Origin: Paragordius varius
Lineage: Eukaryota; Animalia; Nematomorpha
Direction of reading: 5' to 3'
DNA length: 64,000 nt
Assembly (NCBI GenBank): GCA_964247055.1
Contig: OZ176052.1
Span: forward strand, 1,240,001-1,304,000
Each line of letters starts with the position of its first letter. Positions within the stretch are counted from its first letter, which is position 1. This document shows positions 25,286-37,800 of the stretch, one piece after another. The notes beneath the pieces are model-generated. The model saw only the letters and a program-made list of their open reading frames with translations. It was not told where the DNA came from and did not search any database. Position numbers and translations under genes: made by a program.

Positions 25286-27152
25286 CAATGAGAAACATCT
25301 GATATCTAAGGGTAAATAATTCGAACATAGTCGAAAGAAAAAATATGGTAAAATGATATTGTCAATTTTATCATATATTTTCTTATCAAAAAAGCGTTTT
25401 TATTGATTGATTGAAAGGATATTGGTAGGATTTATATAAATATATTTTTTTTCGTAAAATTTGATTTTGTAATATTTATAATATAGTAAATAATCCAACA
25501 AATTTTTACGGTCAAACCGCTGAAAATTATCCTCATAATGAAAATGAAAATAAAGTCAATATCAATAATATAAATGGTATGATAAGAGATTCATTAGACG
25601 TTATTACCACCAACAATGTTAATGGAAAAAACCAAATTTTGTCTTCACATAAAAAAACGGAAAACAATCATTTTAATCGTAATAATATAAGAGAGACACC
25701 TGCAAATCACAAAGAAAATTCCAATCTTTCAAATAACGGCATAAGCATAGCACTTGTGGAATCAAGTGAATTTGAAGAAATCCCTAGGTTGGTTTTATTT
25801 ACATTACAGTTAACGAAACTCTTTTTATACTTTAAATATGTCATCCTGTGTATTATTTGTTGACAAAGTAGTTAACTCATATAACTCAACTGCAATTTTA
25901 TTTAAAAATTTGTTTTTAAGACGTAGGAAAAACGCATTTTTTACGGTCAAAAATATTATTTATTTAACACTAAAACCATTAAGCCTAAACACTATTTTAA
26001 CAAAGCGAAAAAATCAAGTTTTTGCTAAAATTGTATTAAACTTAAATTACAATTTTATGCTTATAATATTTTTGAAAAATACGTTAATTATTGTTTTTAT
26101 ATTAGAATTTATTATATATGATGTTTTGTACATTCATGGTAATTTAAAAACTTAATATTATATGTTATTGCGTGAGATGTATATTTACTCTTTTTTAAAT
26201 GGAATTGTATGAAAAAACGGCATTATTTTAACTTAATGGATCTTTTTTGTGTTAATTAGTTTCCTGTGTAGAAGCTTATTAAATCAAATAAGTTCGCAAT
26301 ATGGATTTATAATTTTATGCAAATTAAATATTAATAGTTTTATTCATTTTTTACCAGCTATATGAAAGGTCGTATCAAATTATCCGAAGTTAATAGTTTG
26401 ATTGAAAAAATGAATTTAACATTCCTGGCCAAACGCGATTTCGCTCGACACAATAGTAAAAATGCCAATTATCGAAAACTGTCCAAAGATGATCAGGAAT
26501 ACTATAATAAATATAAATGTAAATATTTTTTTTCCTAATTGGAAAGAATGGATATATAATTTGTTGAAAAATTTCATTTAAATTTATATATGTTAAAAGA
26601 TAAATTGAAAAGTCAATTGTTTCTAACTCTATTCAATGCCATATTTTTGGTATTTTTGCTAGTAAAATTATTTTATTAATCTAAGTTATGGGAAAAAATT
26701 CAATTATCATTCTACTATGGACGCTTTTTAATCAACAAAATATGCTTGGATGTATTTTTATTTTTTGATATTATAAGATATTCAAAATATTTTCGTAGAT
26801 AAAACAGAAAAAAAATTTTTTAAAGTAAAAACCACTATAAAATTAAGCCACCATCCAAATGTTCGTGTGCATTAAAATATGCTCAATTTTATGACAAAAA
26901 CATTTGCAAAATATTAAAATTCACCCGCAACAATTTTTATCTTACCTATTATTTTATTTTTACACAGTGGATCTTAAACAAATGGGGAGCGTAGTTTCAC
27001 CCTACATAACTGAAGAGGATATAAAACGATTTGCCGACATTAAAGTTGACAAGGGTATGTTAAAACTTTTTGTCATATTGCGACATTTAAAGCGAACCCG
27101 GGAAGTTCGAACTACGGGCGAAATGAAAACTATCAAATATTTCATTGCTTAA
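25286..27152 (+). CDS. SKA1: Spindle and kinetochore-associated protein 1 (true start not resolved)
   Basis: Exons ~25487-25787, 26358-26518 and 26968-27152 (TAA), plus a possible small exon near 25286-25311. Spliced peptide EFEEIPSYMKGRIKLSEVNSLIEKMN...YITEEDIKRFADIKVDK...ILRHLKRTREVR matches the SKA1 microtubule-binding domain (E-F-x-x-[VI]-P-x-Y-M-K-x-R; ILRHxxRxxEVR). Confidence 0.85.
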
Positions 27153-27263
27153 TTTTATCATGTTATGTTTTGTTTTATAGTACATCCAATTTACACTTCT
27201 ACACACACATTCTACATTTATAGTATATATGAGTAGTAAATAATGTAAATTTTTTATCATGGT

Positions 27264-27315
<52 letters not shown>

Positions 27316-28949
27316 CAAAGAGCACTGTAATTGAATAATAGCTAGAAAAATCTAAAAAACAATTTCAAATCATCTATAGTTATCTTTGCTGTATATGCAA
27401 TCTGGCATTATTTACAAATTAGCATTGCATTCTGCTCATACTGTATATACTTTTGTATACCAATAAATTAATAATTAGCTATTTTGTATAAATAAAATAA
27501 TAAATATTGTGGACTAAATATGTATATGTATTATATATACATGGTTGGTGTCCCAAAACTTTTGAAATTAAATTTTAATAGTCAAAAAATTTATTAAATA
27601 TCTATTTCATACATGATATAGTAAAAAATTATACCATAAAGCTTATAGATAAATTATTTTTTTACCCAAAATTCTTAATTTAAAAAAACTTGAAAAATAT
27701 TTAAGGCATATATGTACACACAGAAGAATTATTAGTATTTCATTTTAATACGATCTATTACCTGATGTCAACAGTGATTTTAAATTCAAATTGTTTCGAT
27801 TGGGTATTTCTTGTTGATAACATATTGGAGGTCGACTACGAGTTTCTTTACCGTCAACTATTCCCAATAATATCGATAAACCGAAAGGCCCACTGCTTAA
27901 AATAGGAGGAAACTTATTTGATTTTTTTTATGTTGTGGAGTGTATTTGCTGGTATTATTTTCTTTTAGCAGTTTGGTATTAGAAACGTTATCAGTCCATT
28001 TGATGTTTGGAATAATACGATAGATACAATTTTGCAAATCGATATATTGTTGAATTTATAAGAAACAAAGAAAAAATATAGAGAAGCGTTTTTTTGTATC
28101 TCCACCGCGTTCAAATATGAGGGCTTCCTACCACAACGGTCCACAAACTTCACCCTTACCTTTATAATAGTTTATCGTTTTAGATTTTTTGGTGTGAGAT
28201 ACAATATTTTTACCAGTCGGTAATAATAATTTTATAAAGATTGGTATATATTTTTTTATATTTTTAGGCATTAAATTTAGTAATTTTGAACAGATATATG
28301 GGCTAAACACAAAAATATCAGATGAACTAAAAGAGTATAGTATTTTCAGCTGAGTAAATTTTTGCTTTTTTAAAATAAAAACAGCAAAAAAGGTGTAAAA
28401 ATGAAATTTATTTTTAAAATTATAGTCAAAGCTATTGCACAATGATATTTATTTCTGAACATTATTAACATCCAAAAACAAAATAAATATTGTTTTTATA
28501 TAATATGACGATAAAAAATATTTGCGTCAAAAAATGTTAACTCCAATTTTGGAAGGTTTTTGCCCGCTGAAACAAAAGTATTGAATATTTTAAGTTAATT
28601 TTTTTAATTTGCAGGTAAATTGTTGGCTTTTATTAAAATATTATTAAAGGCCACATACTATTTGTTTACCTAAAGAAAAATATTTACAAACGAGAAAGTT
28701 TTGTAAATGTTAAAATTTGGTAAAAATCCATATCTCTAAAACGAGTTCAATAATAAAATGATCTTTCACAAATTTGATCCCAATACTATTAAGAATCACA
28801 TTGTAAATTAGGACCATGAAAATTGACCCCGAATTTTGATCAGCATTACTTTTCTGATTTCTTTCAATTCATGTGAAGATAAATTATTACTAAATTAGTC
28901 CTAAATATAAATTACTAACATGCAAAAACGTAACAAAAATTTATATCTA

Positions 28950-30150
28950 AACTTAAATAAAGATAAATAACCACATATTTGGATAATTGCTGTACTTTTC
29001 AATTCTTTTTTGGATCCACATATTTTATCTGAACCAGCTTTTTCTTAAATGCTGTCATTTAGCAGAGATCACGGTTAACTGATAAAAATTTGAAATCTTT
29101 CCTGAGAATTGCACTGACTTTATATGAACCCGATTTTGAATGAATTTCTAAATTATGCTCAATCTTCTTAAATTTAAGAAACATCAAGTGTTTCCACATT
29201 TAGCACATATTTCCTAAGGAATTTTTCTGCTGAAATTTTAAATGTTAACGATCAATCATTAGTTATTCGACATCCAAATCTTGCAAATTCATAAGAAAAT
29301 GTGGTAGAATATTTTAGTTTTACATTCAAAATTATCAAAGGGATATAAAACATAGAAATGTATTCGAGTTTATTTTGACAAAAATCTTTCCTCCAATATA
29401 TTATTGACATTAAAGGCTACATTTCGGATTACGTCAAATTAAAAAAATTTTTAATCACTGTTTTTTAATTGATTTGCAATGTTGAATCTTTCTGATATCG
29501 CATCAAAAAGCAAGATCAATAAGCGATTTTAGATCTTTTAATTGTGGATATTAATATTTTTTCTTCTGGGAAATAGATATATTTCTAGTAAAAATTGTCC
29601 TAATCTTTCTAATAATGCAGCGCGACTGAACCATCTTTCATCTGTATTAAATAGTTCCCTATAACAAACCAATTCCTTTTAACTAAACTAAAAATGCGGT
29701 GCCACACTCTTTTCGCTTCGACGACTATCTTGAAGCATATGTTCATTATTAAAACCTGGTATGCAGTAATCCATAAAATCTCGTAAATTATAATGATCTT
29801 TGACATGAGCTACCAATCCATTTTTTACTTCAATCATCCAAAATCCATCGCAAGATGTACAGGTAATTTATCCATTGTATATTTAATAAAAAATATAAAT
29901 GTTTTAGTCTTTGTACTTTGATTGTGACAATTAGAGATCTTCTGAATCATCATTATATATTTTTATAAAATTAAGATTCTTTATTATTTTATTTATTTTA
30001 AAATGGCCTGTGCTAGTCACTTAATTCGTAAATAGTGATATATATTTGAGTTTAAGTGTTAAATAAATCTTTTAACACTTAATATTCATACGTACCCGCG
30101 AATTTTCTTCCAAAAAAGTAGCCCGCAGGAAAAAAGGTTGGCTACCCCAG
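28950..30150 (-). pseudogene. Decayed hAT (Buster/Charlie-type) transposase with one recognisable terminus
   Basis: Frameshifted minus-strand fragments HRIFSLVK, LFNTDERWFSRAALLERLGQFLLEIYLF (~29580-29654) and PQLKDLKSLIDLAF*CDI (~29490-29547) resemble hAT motifs HT[ED]VRWLSRG and LAFLxDI. The minus strand at 30150 begins CTGGGGTAGCCAACCTTTTT, a hAT-like terminus. The left boundary is approximate. Confidence 0.55.
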
Positions 30151-30784
30151 CTTTTACTTCCCATCAAGTTCTCGCAAAAAATATTAGACGAAATATTACA
30201 TAAATTAAAAATATACAAAGCGATATTTTGGTATGTATTTATGTTGATTTCCTATTTTTTGTCAGGTTTATAATTGATAGAAGCCTTTTTTAAGGAGTCT
30301 TTTAAACATTATAATAACAATTATATCAAATGATTTAAATTTTAAAGATAAAATTTACTATATCTTATCTATACATAAACTTTGTAACAATCTTAACCAT
30401 ATATTTACTAATAATTCTTAGGAATTCGATAAAGATGTAAGAGAATATTTGTCGCAATTTATGTCCGAAGGCATTGAATATTGCCAAAAAATTGACATTA
30501 AGGGTATTTGGGTCCAATAACTAACTTAATTTTTGAATGGCAAAGGATTCTAATTTTATATATGTATTATTACATTATAATATATTTATTTATATTAACT
30601 ATATACTACCAAAAATTGTAATAAATAAATACAAATAATTATATATCACATTATTTCATTCTTGACTAGATGTGGATAATATTTTATATTAAAAATGTCA
30701 TGGGGGCGGGCCAAATAGAATTTGAAAATGGTATTATGATTAATAATATTCGTTTCGCTACAATAGCTCAATAGACATTTGGGG

Positions 30785-31470
30785 CACATTACATTTATGG
30801 AGAGCTATACTCAAAATAACCTTAACTATAATTTTTACATTTATAAAAGACTGGTATCAATAGGCGCATTGTAATATCAATATTAATATTGTTAACAACA
30901 AAAGTGGCAACTTATTTGTTTAAGAAAAAAATTTATATTATAATATACTTTTAATTAAGAATATTGAACAATAATCCTATCACGCACTATTTTACGCCTA
31001 TGATATAAACTTTATTTAAAGAATTTAAAAATAATATTATCTTTTATTTTATTTAGAATATCGAACAATATTCTAATAATCAATCAGTTATGACCTAAAA
31101 TTTCAACTTTAAAATCTATTTATTACGCACATTGAAAAACGCCATCTTTATAATTAATAAAACATATTATAAATTCATTAATACCCTGTCATTGCAATTA
31201 GATGTCATACTCCCTATCAAGCAATAGGTGGCTTTATGATACAAAATTTTACTGTCATTTCTTGGGTACATTTTGTATTTATGGAGCTATACTCAAAACC
31301 AAATACCCTTAATTATAATTTTTACAATTTAAAAGAACAACTAGGAGCACTATTAACATAATAGTTTATTTGAAAAATGATTTGAAATAGTTTTAAGCAT
31401 ATCATATTTTTGGAAAAACGAGAATTTTACAGGACTTGGTATCAATAGGCGCATTCATATGTTAATATTT
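30785..31470 (+). repeat. Pair of degenerate direct repeats
   Basis: ttatgga(ga)gctatactcaaaa...ataatttttaca...tggtatcaataggcgcatt occurs at ~30785-30885 and at ~31266-31470; the second copy carries an ~100-bp insertion. Confidence 0.7.
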
Positions 31471-31638
31471 GTATTATATTTTATTAATTATATTAGGTTT
31501 ACTATTAATTTTAAATATATTTTTCCTCATTAGTATACCTCTAATAATTATAATATCTTTTATTTTATATTCAAATTGGCCGTTTTTCAATCATCAATCA
31601 GTTGTTTTTCTATAAAAAATATTATATTTTCCATTTAA

Positions 31639-31859
31639 CACTTGGATACAAGACATTCATTTTAATCCTTCGATTCAAATGGGGTATTTAAATACCCCAG
31701 GCCTGTTTAAAATTAATTTCTTTAAAATTATGGAAGGAATCGAAACCATGGCAAAATTTTGCACTTATATATTAATAAACCGAAATATATAAAAATTTTA
31801 CTCAAAAATACTTGATATCACGTAATTTAAGCTAAAACCGAAAGGTAAAAATTTCGTCA
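31639..31859. mobile_element. Truncated copy of the TTAA/CACTTG element, cut off by the satellite array
   Basis: TTAA at 31635-31638, then CACTTGGATACAA. Aligns with the reverse complement of 4860 to 4637 up to AAAGGTAAAAATTT(C/G)GTCA. Contains a perfect 20-bp palindrome TGGGGTATTTAAATACCCCA at 31680-31699. Confidence 0.8.
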
Positions 31860-34800
31860 ATTAGGAATATCGAACATTAATCCAATCACCCACCAAACAC
31901 CTAAAATTTTAACTTCGTTGTCCAAGAATCTAAAAATAACATGTTAAAAATACTTATAATTAGGAATATCAAACATTTATCCAATCACCCACCAAACACC
32001 TAAAATATTAACTTACTTGTCCAAGAATCTATAAATTATTATAAAATACTTTTAATTAGGAATATCGAACATTAATCCAATCACCCAATAAACACCTAAA
32101 ATATTAACTTACTTGTCAAAGAATCTATCTATTATATTATAAAATACTTTTAATTAGGAATATCGAACATTAATCCAATCACCCACAACGCACCTAAAAT
32201 ATTAACTTACTTGTCCAAGAATCTAAAAATTACATTATAAAAATACTCTTAATTAGGAATATCGAACATTAATCCAATCACCCACCAAACAGCTAAATAT
32301 TAACTTACTTGTCCAAAAATCTAAAAATTACATTATAAAAATACTTTTATTTAGGAATATCGAACATTAATATATCACCCACAACACATCTAAAATATTA
32401 ACTTACCTGTCCAAGAATCTAAAAATTATATTATAAAAATACTTTTAATAAGGAATATCGAACACTAATCCAATCATCCACCATTTAACATCTAAAATAT
32501 TAACTTACCTGACCGAGAATCTATTAATTATATTATAAAATACTTTTAATTAGGAATATCGAACATTAATCCAATCACCCACAACGCACCTAAAAAATTA
32601 ACTTACTTGTCCAAATCTAAAAATTACATTATAAAAATACTTTTAATTAGGAATATCGAACATTAATCCAATCACCCGCCAAACACCTAAAATATTAGCT
32701 TACTTGTCCAAGAATCTAAAAATTACATTATAAAAATACTTTTAATTAGGTATATCGAACATTAATCCAATCACCCACCAAACACCTAAAATATTAATTT
32801 ACTTGTCCAAGAATCTAAATATTCCATTATAAAAATACTTTTAATTAGGAATATCGAACATTAATCCAATCACCCACCAAACACCTAAAATATTAACTTA
32901 CTTGTCCAAGAATCTAAAAATTACATGATAAAAATACTTTTAATTAGGAATATCGAACACTAATCCAATCATCCACCTTTTAACATCTAAAATATTAACT
33001 TACCTGACCGAGAATCTATTAATTATATTATAAAATACTTTTAATTAGGAATATCGAACATTAATCCAATCACCCACAACGCACCTAAAATATTAACTTA
33101 CTTGTCCAAGAATCTAAAAATTACATTATAAAAATACTCTTAATTAGGAATATCGAACATTAATCCAATCACCCACCAAACAGCTAAATATTAACTTACT
33201 TGTCCAAAAATCTAAAAATTACATTATAAAAATACTTTTATTTAGGAATATCGAACATTAATATATCACCCACAACACATCTAAAATATTAACTTACCTG
33301 TCCAAGAATCTAAAAATTATATTATAAAAATACTTTTAATAAGGAATATCGAACACTAATCCAATCATCCACCATTTAACATCTAAAATATTAACTTACC
33401 TGACCGAGAATCTATTAATTATATTATAAAATACTTTTAATTAGGAATATCGAACATTAATCCAATCACCCACAACGCACCTAAAAAATTAACTTACTTG
33501 TCCAAATCTAAAAATTACATTATAAAAATACTTTTAATTAGGAATATCGAACATTAATTCAATCACCCGCCAAACACCTAAAATATTAGCTTACTTGTCC
33601 AAGAATCTAAAAATTACATTATAAAAATACTTTTAATTAGGAATATCGAACATTTATCCAATCACCCAACAAACACCTAAAATATTAAGTTACTTGTCCA
33701 AGAATCTATAAATTATTATAAAATACTTTTAATTAGGAATATCGAACATTAATCCAATCACCCAATAAACACCCAAAATATTAACTTACTTGTCCAAGAA
33801 TCTAAAAATTACATTATAAAAATACTTTTAATTAGGAATATCGAACATTAATATATCACCCACAACACATCTAAAATATTAACTTACCTGTCCAAGAATC
33901 TAAAAATTACATTATTAAAATACTTTTAATTAGGAATATCGAACATTAATCCAATCTAAACACCTAAAATATTAACTTACTTGTCCAAGAATCTAAAAAT
34001 TATATTATAAAAATACTTTTAATTAGGAATATCGAACATTAATTCAATCACCCACAACGCACCTAAAATATTAACTTACTTGTCCAAGAATCAAAAATTA
34101 CATTATAAAAATACTCTTAATTAGGAATATCGAACATTAATCCAATCACCCACCAAACACCTAAAATATTAACTTAATTGTCCAAGAATCTAAAAATTAC
34201 ATTATTAAAATACTTTTAATTAGGAATATCGAACATTAATCCAATCACCCAATAAACACCTAAAATATTAACTTACTTGTCCAAGAATCTAAAAATTACA
34301 TTATAAAAATACTTTTAATTAGGAACGAATATTAATCCAATCAACCACCAAACACCTAAAATATTAACTTACTTGTCCAAGAATCTAAAAATCACATTAT
34401 AAAATACTTTTAATTTGGAATATCGAACATTTATCCAATCACCCACCAAACACCTAAAATATTAACTTACTAGTCCAAGAATCTAAAAATAAATTATAAA
34501 AATACTTTTAATTAGGAATATCGAACATTACTCCAATCACAAACCAAACACCTAAAATATTAACTTACTTGTCCAAGAATCTAAAAATTACATTATAAAA
34601 ATACTTTTAATTAGGAATATCGAACATTAATCCAATCACCCACCAAACACCTAAAATATTAACTTACTTGTCCAAGAATCTAAAAATTACATTATAAAAA
34701 TACTTTTAATTAGGAATATCGAACATTTATCCAATCACCCACCAAACACCTAAAATATTAACTTACTTGTCAAAGAATCTAAAAATTAGATTATAAAATA

Positions 34801-37800
34801 CTTTTAATTAGGAATATCGAACATTTATCCAATCACCCACCAAACACCTAAAATATTAACTTACTAGTCCAAGAATCTAAAAAATTACATTATTAAATAC
34901 TTTTAATTAGGAATATCAAACATTAATCCAATCACCCACCAAACACCTAAAATATTAACTTACTTGTCCAAGAATCTAAAAATTACATTATAAAAATACT
35001 TTTAATTAGGAATATCGAACATTTATCCAATCACCCAATAAACACCTAAAATATTAACTTACTTGTCAAAGAATCTAAAAATTACATTATAAAAATACTT
35101 TTAATTAGGAATATCGAACATTAATATATCACCCACAACACATCTATATTAACTTACCTGTCCAAGAATCTAATTACATTATTAAAATACTTTTAATTAG
35201 GAATATCGAACATTAATCCAATCACCCAATAAACACCTAAAATATTAACTTACTTGTCCAAGAATCTAAAAATTATATTATAAAAATAGTTTTAATTAGG
35301 AATATCGAACATTAATCCAATCACCCAATAAACACCTAAAATATTAACTTACTTGTCCAAGAATCTAAAAATTACATTATAAAAATACTTTTAATAAGGA
35401 ATATCATACACTAATCCAATCATCCACCGTTTAACATCTAAAATATTAACTTACCTGACCGAGAATCTATTAATTATATTATAAAATACTTTTAATTAGG
35501 AATATCGAACATTAATCCAATCACCCACAACGCACCTAAAATATTAACTTACTTGTCCAAGAATCTAAAAATTACATTATAAAAATACTTTTAATTAGGA
35601 ATATCGAACATTAATCCAATCACCCACCAAACACCTAAAATATTAATTTACTTGTCCAAGAATCTAAATATTCCATTATAAAAATACTTTTAATTAGGAA
35701 TATCGAACATTAATCCAATCACCCACCAAACACCTAAAATATTAACTTACTTGTCCAAGAATCTAAAAATTACATGATAAAAATACTTTTAATTAGGAAT
35801 ATCGAACATTAATCCAATCACCCACCAAACACCTAAAATATTAACTTACTTGTCCAAGAATCTAAAAATTACATGATAAAAATACTTTTAATTAGGAATA
35901 TCGAACAGTAATCCAATCACCTTCCAAACACCTTAAATATTAACTTACTTGTCCAAGAATCTAAAAATTATATTATAAAAATACTTTTAATTAGAATATC
36001 GAACATTAATCCAATCATCCACCTTTTAACATCTAAAATATTAACTTACCTGACCGAGAATCTATTAATTATATTATAAAATACTTTTAATTAGGAATAT
36101 CGAACATTAATCCAATCACCCACAACGCACCTAAAATATTAACTTACTTGTCCAAGAATCTAAAAATTACATTATAAAAATACTCTTAATTAGGAATATC
36201 GAACATTAATCCAATCACCCACCAAACAGCTAAATATTAACTTACTTGTCCAAAAATCTAAAAATTACATTATAAAAATACTTTTATTTAGGAATATCGA
36301 ACATTAATATATCACCCACAACACATCTAAAATATTAACTTACCTGTCCAAGAATCTAAAAATTATATTATAAAAATACTTTTAATAAGGAATATCGAAC
36401 ACTAATCCAATCATCCACCATTTAACATCTAAAATATTAACTTACCTGACCGAGAATCTATTAATTATATTATAAAATACTTTTAATTAGGAATATCGAA
36501 CATTAATCCAATCACCCACAACGCACCTAAAAAATTAACTTACTTGTCCAAATCTAAAAATTACATTATAAAAATACTTTTAATTAGGAATATCGAACAT
36601 TAATCCAATCACCCGCCAAACACCTAAAATATTAGCTTACTTGTCCAAGAATCTAAAAATTACATTATAAAAATACTTTTAATTAGGAATATCGAACATT
36701 AATCCAATCACCCACCAAACACCTAAAATATTAATTTACTTGTCCAAGAATCTAAATATTCCATTATAAAAATACTTTTAATTAGGAATATCGAACATTA
36801 ATCCAATCACCCACCAAACACCTAAAATATTAACTTACTTGTCCAAGAATCTAAAAATTACATGATAAAAATACTTTTAATTAGGAATATCGAACAGTAA
36901 TCCAATCACCCACCAAACACCTAAAATATCAACTTACTTGTCCAAGAATCTAAAAATTATATTATAAATACTTTTAATTAGAATATCGAACACTAATCCA
37001 ATCATCCACCTTTTAACATCTAAAATATTAACTTACCTGACCGAGAATCTATTAATTATATTATAAAATACTTTTAATTAGGAATATCGAACATTAATCC
37101 AATCACCCACAACGCACTTAAAAAATTAACTTACTTGTCCAAATCTAAAAATTACATTATAAAAATACTTTTAATTAGGAAAATCGAACATTAATCCAAT
37201 CACCCGCCAAACACCTAAAATATTAGCTTACTTGTCCAAGAATCTAAAAATTATAAAAATACTTTTAATTAGGAATATCGAACATTTATCCAATCACCCA
37301 ACAAACACCTAAAATATTAACTTACTTGTCCAAGAATCTAAAAATTACATGATAAAAATACTTTTAATTAGGAATATCGAACATTAATCCAATCACCCAC
37401 CAAACACCTAAAATATTAACTTACTTGTCCAAGAATCTAAAAATTACATTATAAAAATACTTTTAATTAGGAATATCGAACATTAATATATCACCCACAA
37501 CACATCTAAAATATTAACTTACTTGTCCAAGAATCTAAAAATTACATGATAAAAATACTTTTAATTAGGAATATCGAACAGTAATCCAATCACCTACCAA
37601 ACACCTTAAATATCAACTTACTTGTCCAAGAATCTAAAAATTATATTATAAATACTTTTAATTAGAATATCGAACACTAATCCAATCATCCACCTTTTAA
37701 CATCTAAAATATTAACTTACCTGACCGAGAATCTATTAATTATATTATAAAATACTTTTAATTAGGAATATCGAACATTAATCCAATCACCCACAACGCA

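Noticed and set aside
25838-26155. ORF 25838-26155 and similar Ile/Phe/Lys-rich ORFs (9816-10148, 6920-7171, 7268-7525, 22697-22882)
   Set aside because: Intronic or antisense AT-rich open frames, several opened by non-ATG starts; not part of any spliced model.
27762-28442. Possible minus-strand gene (open exon-like segment 27762-27930 ending in a GTAATA donor; ORFs 27965-28153 and 28128-28442)
   Set aside because: I could not assemble phase-consistent exons or find any motif. It may be real but is unsupported without RNA data.
29813-30730. Plus-strand exon-like pieces (e.g. 30422-30503 EFDKDVREYLSQFMSEGIEYCQKIDIK)
   Set aside because: Phases do not chain without stops and part overlaps the hAT relic; no recognisable product.
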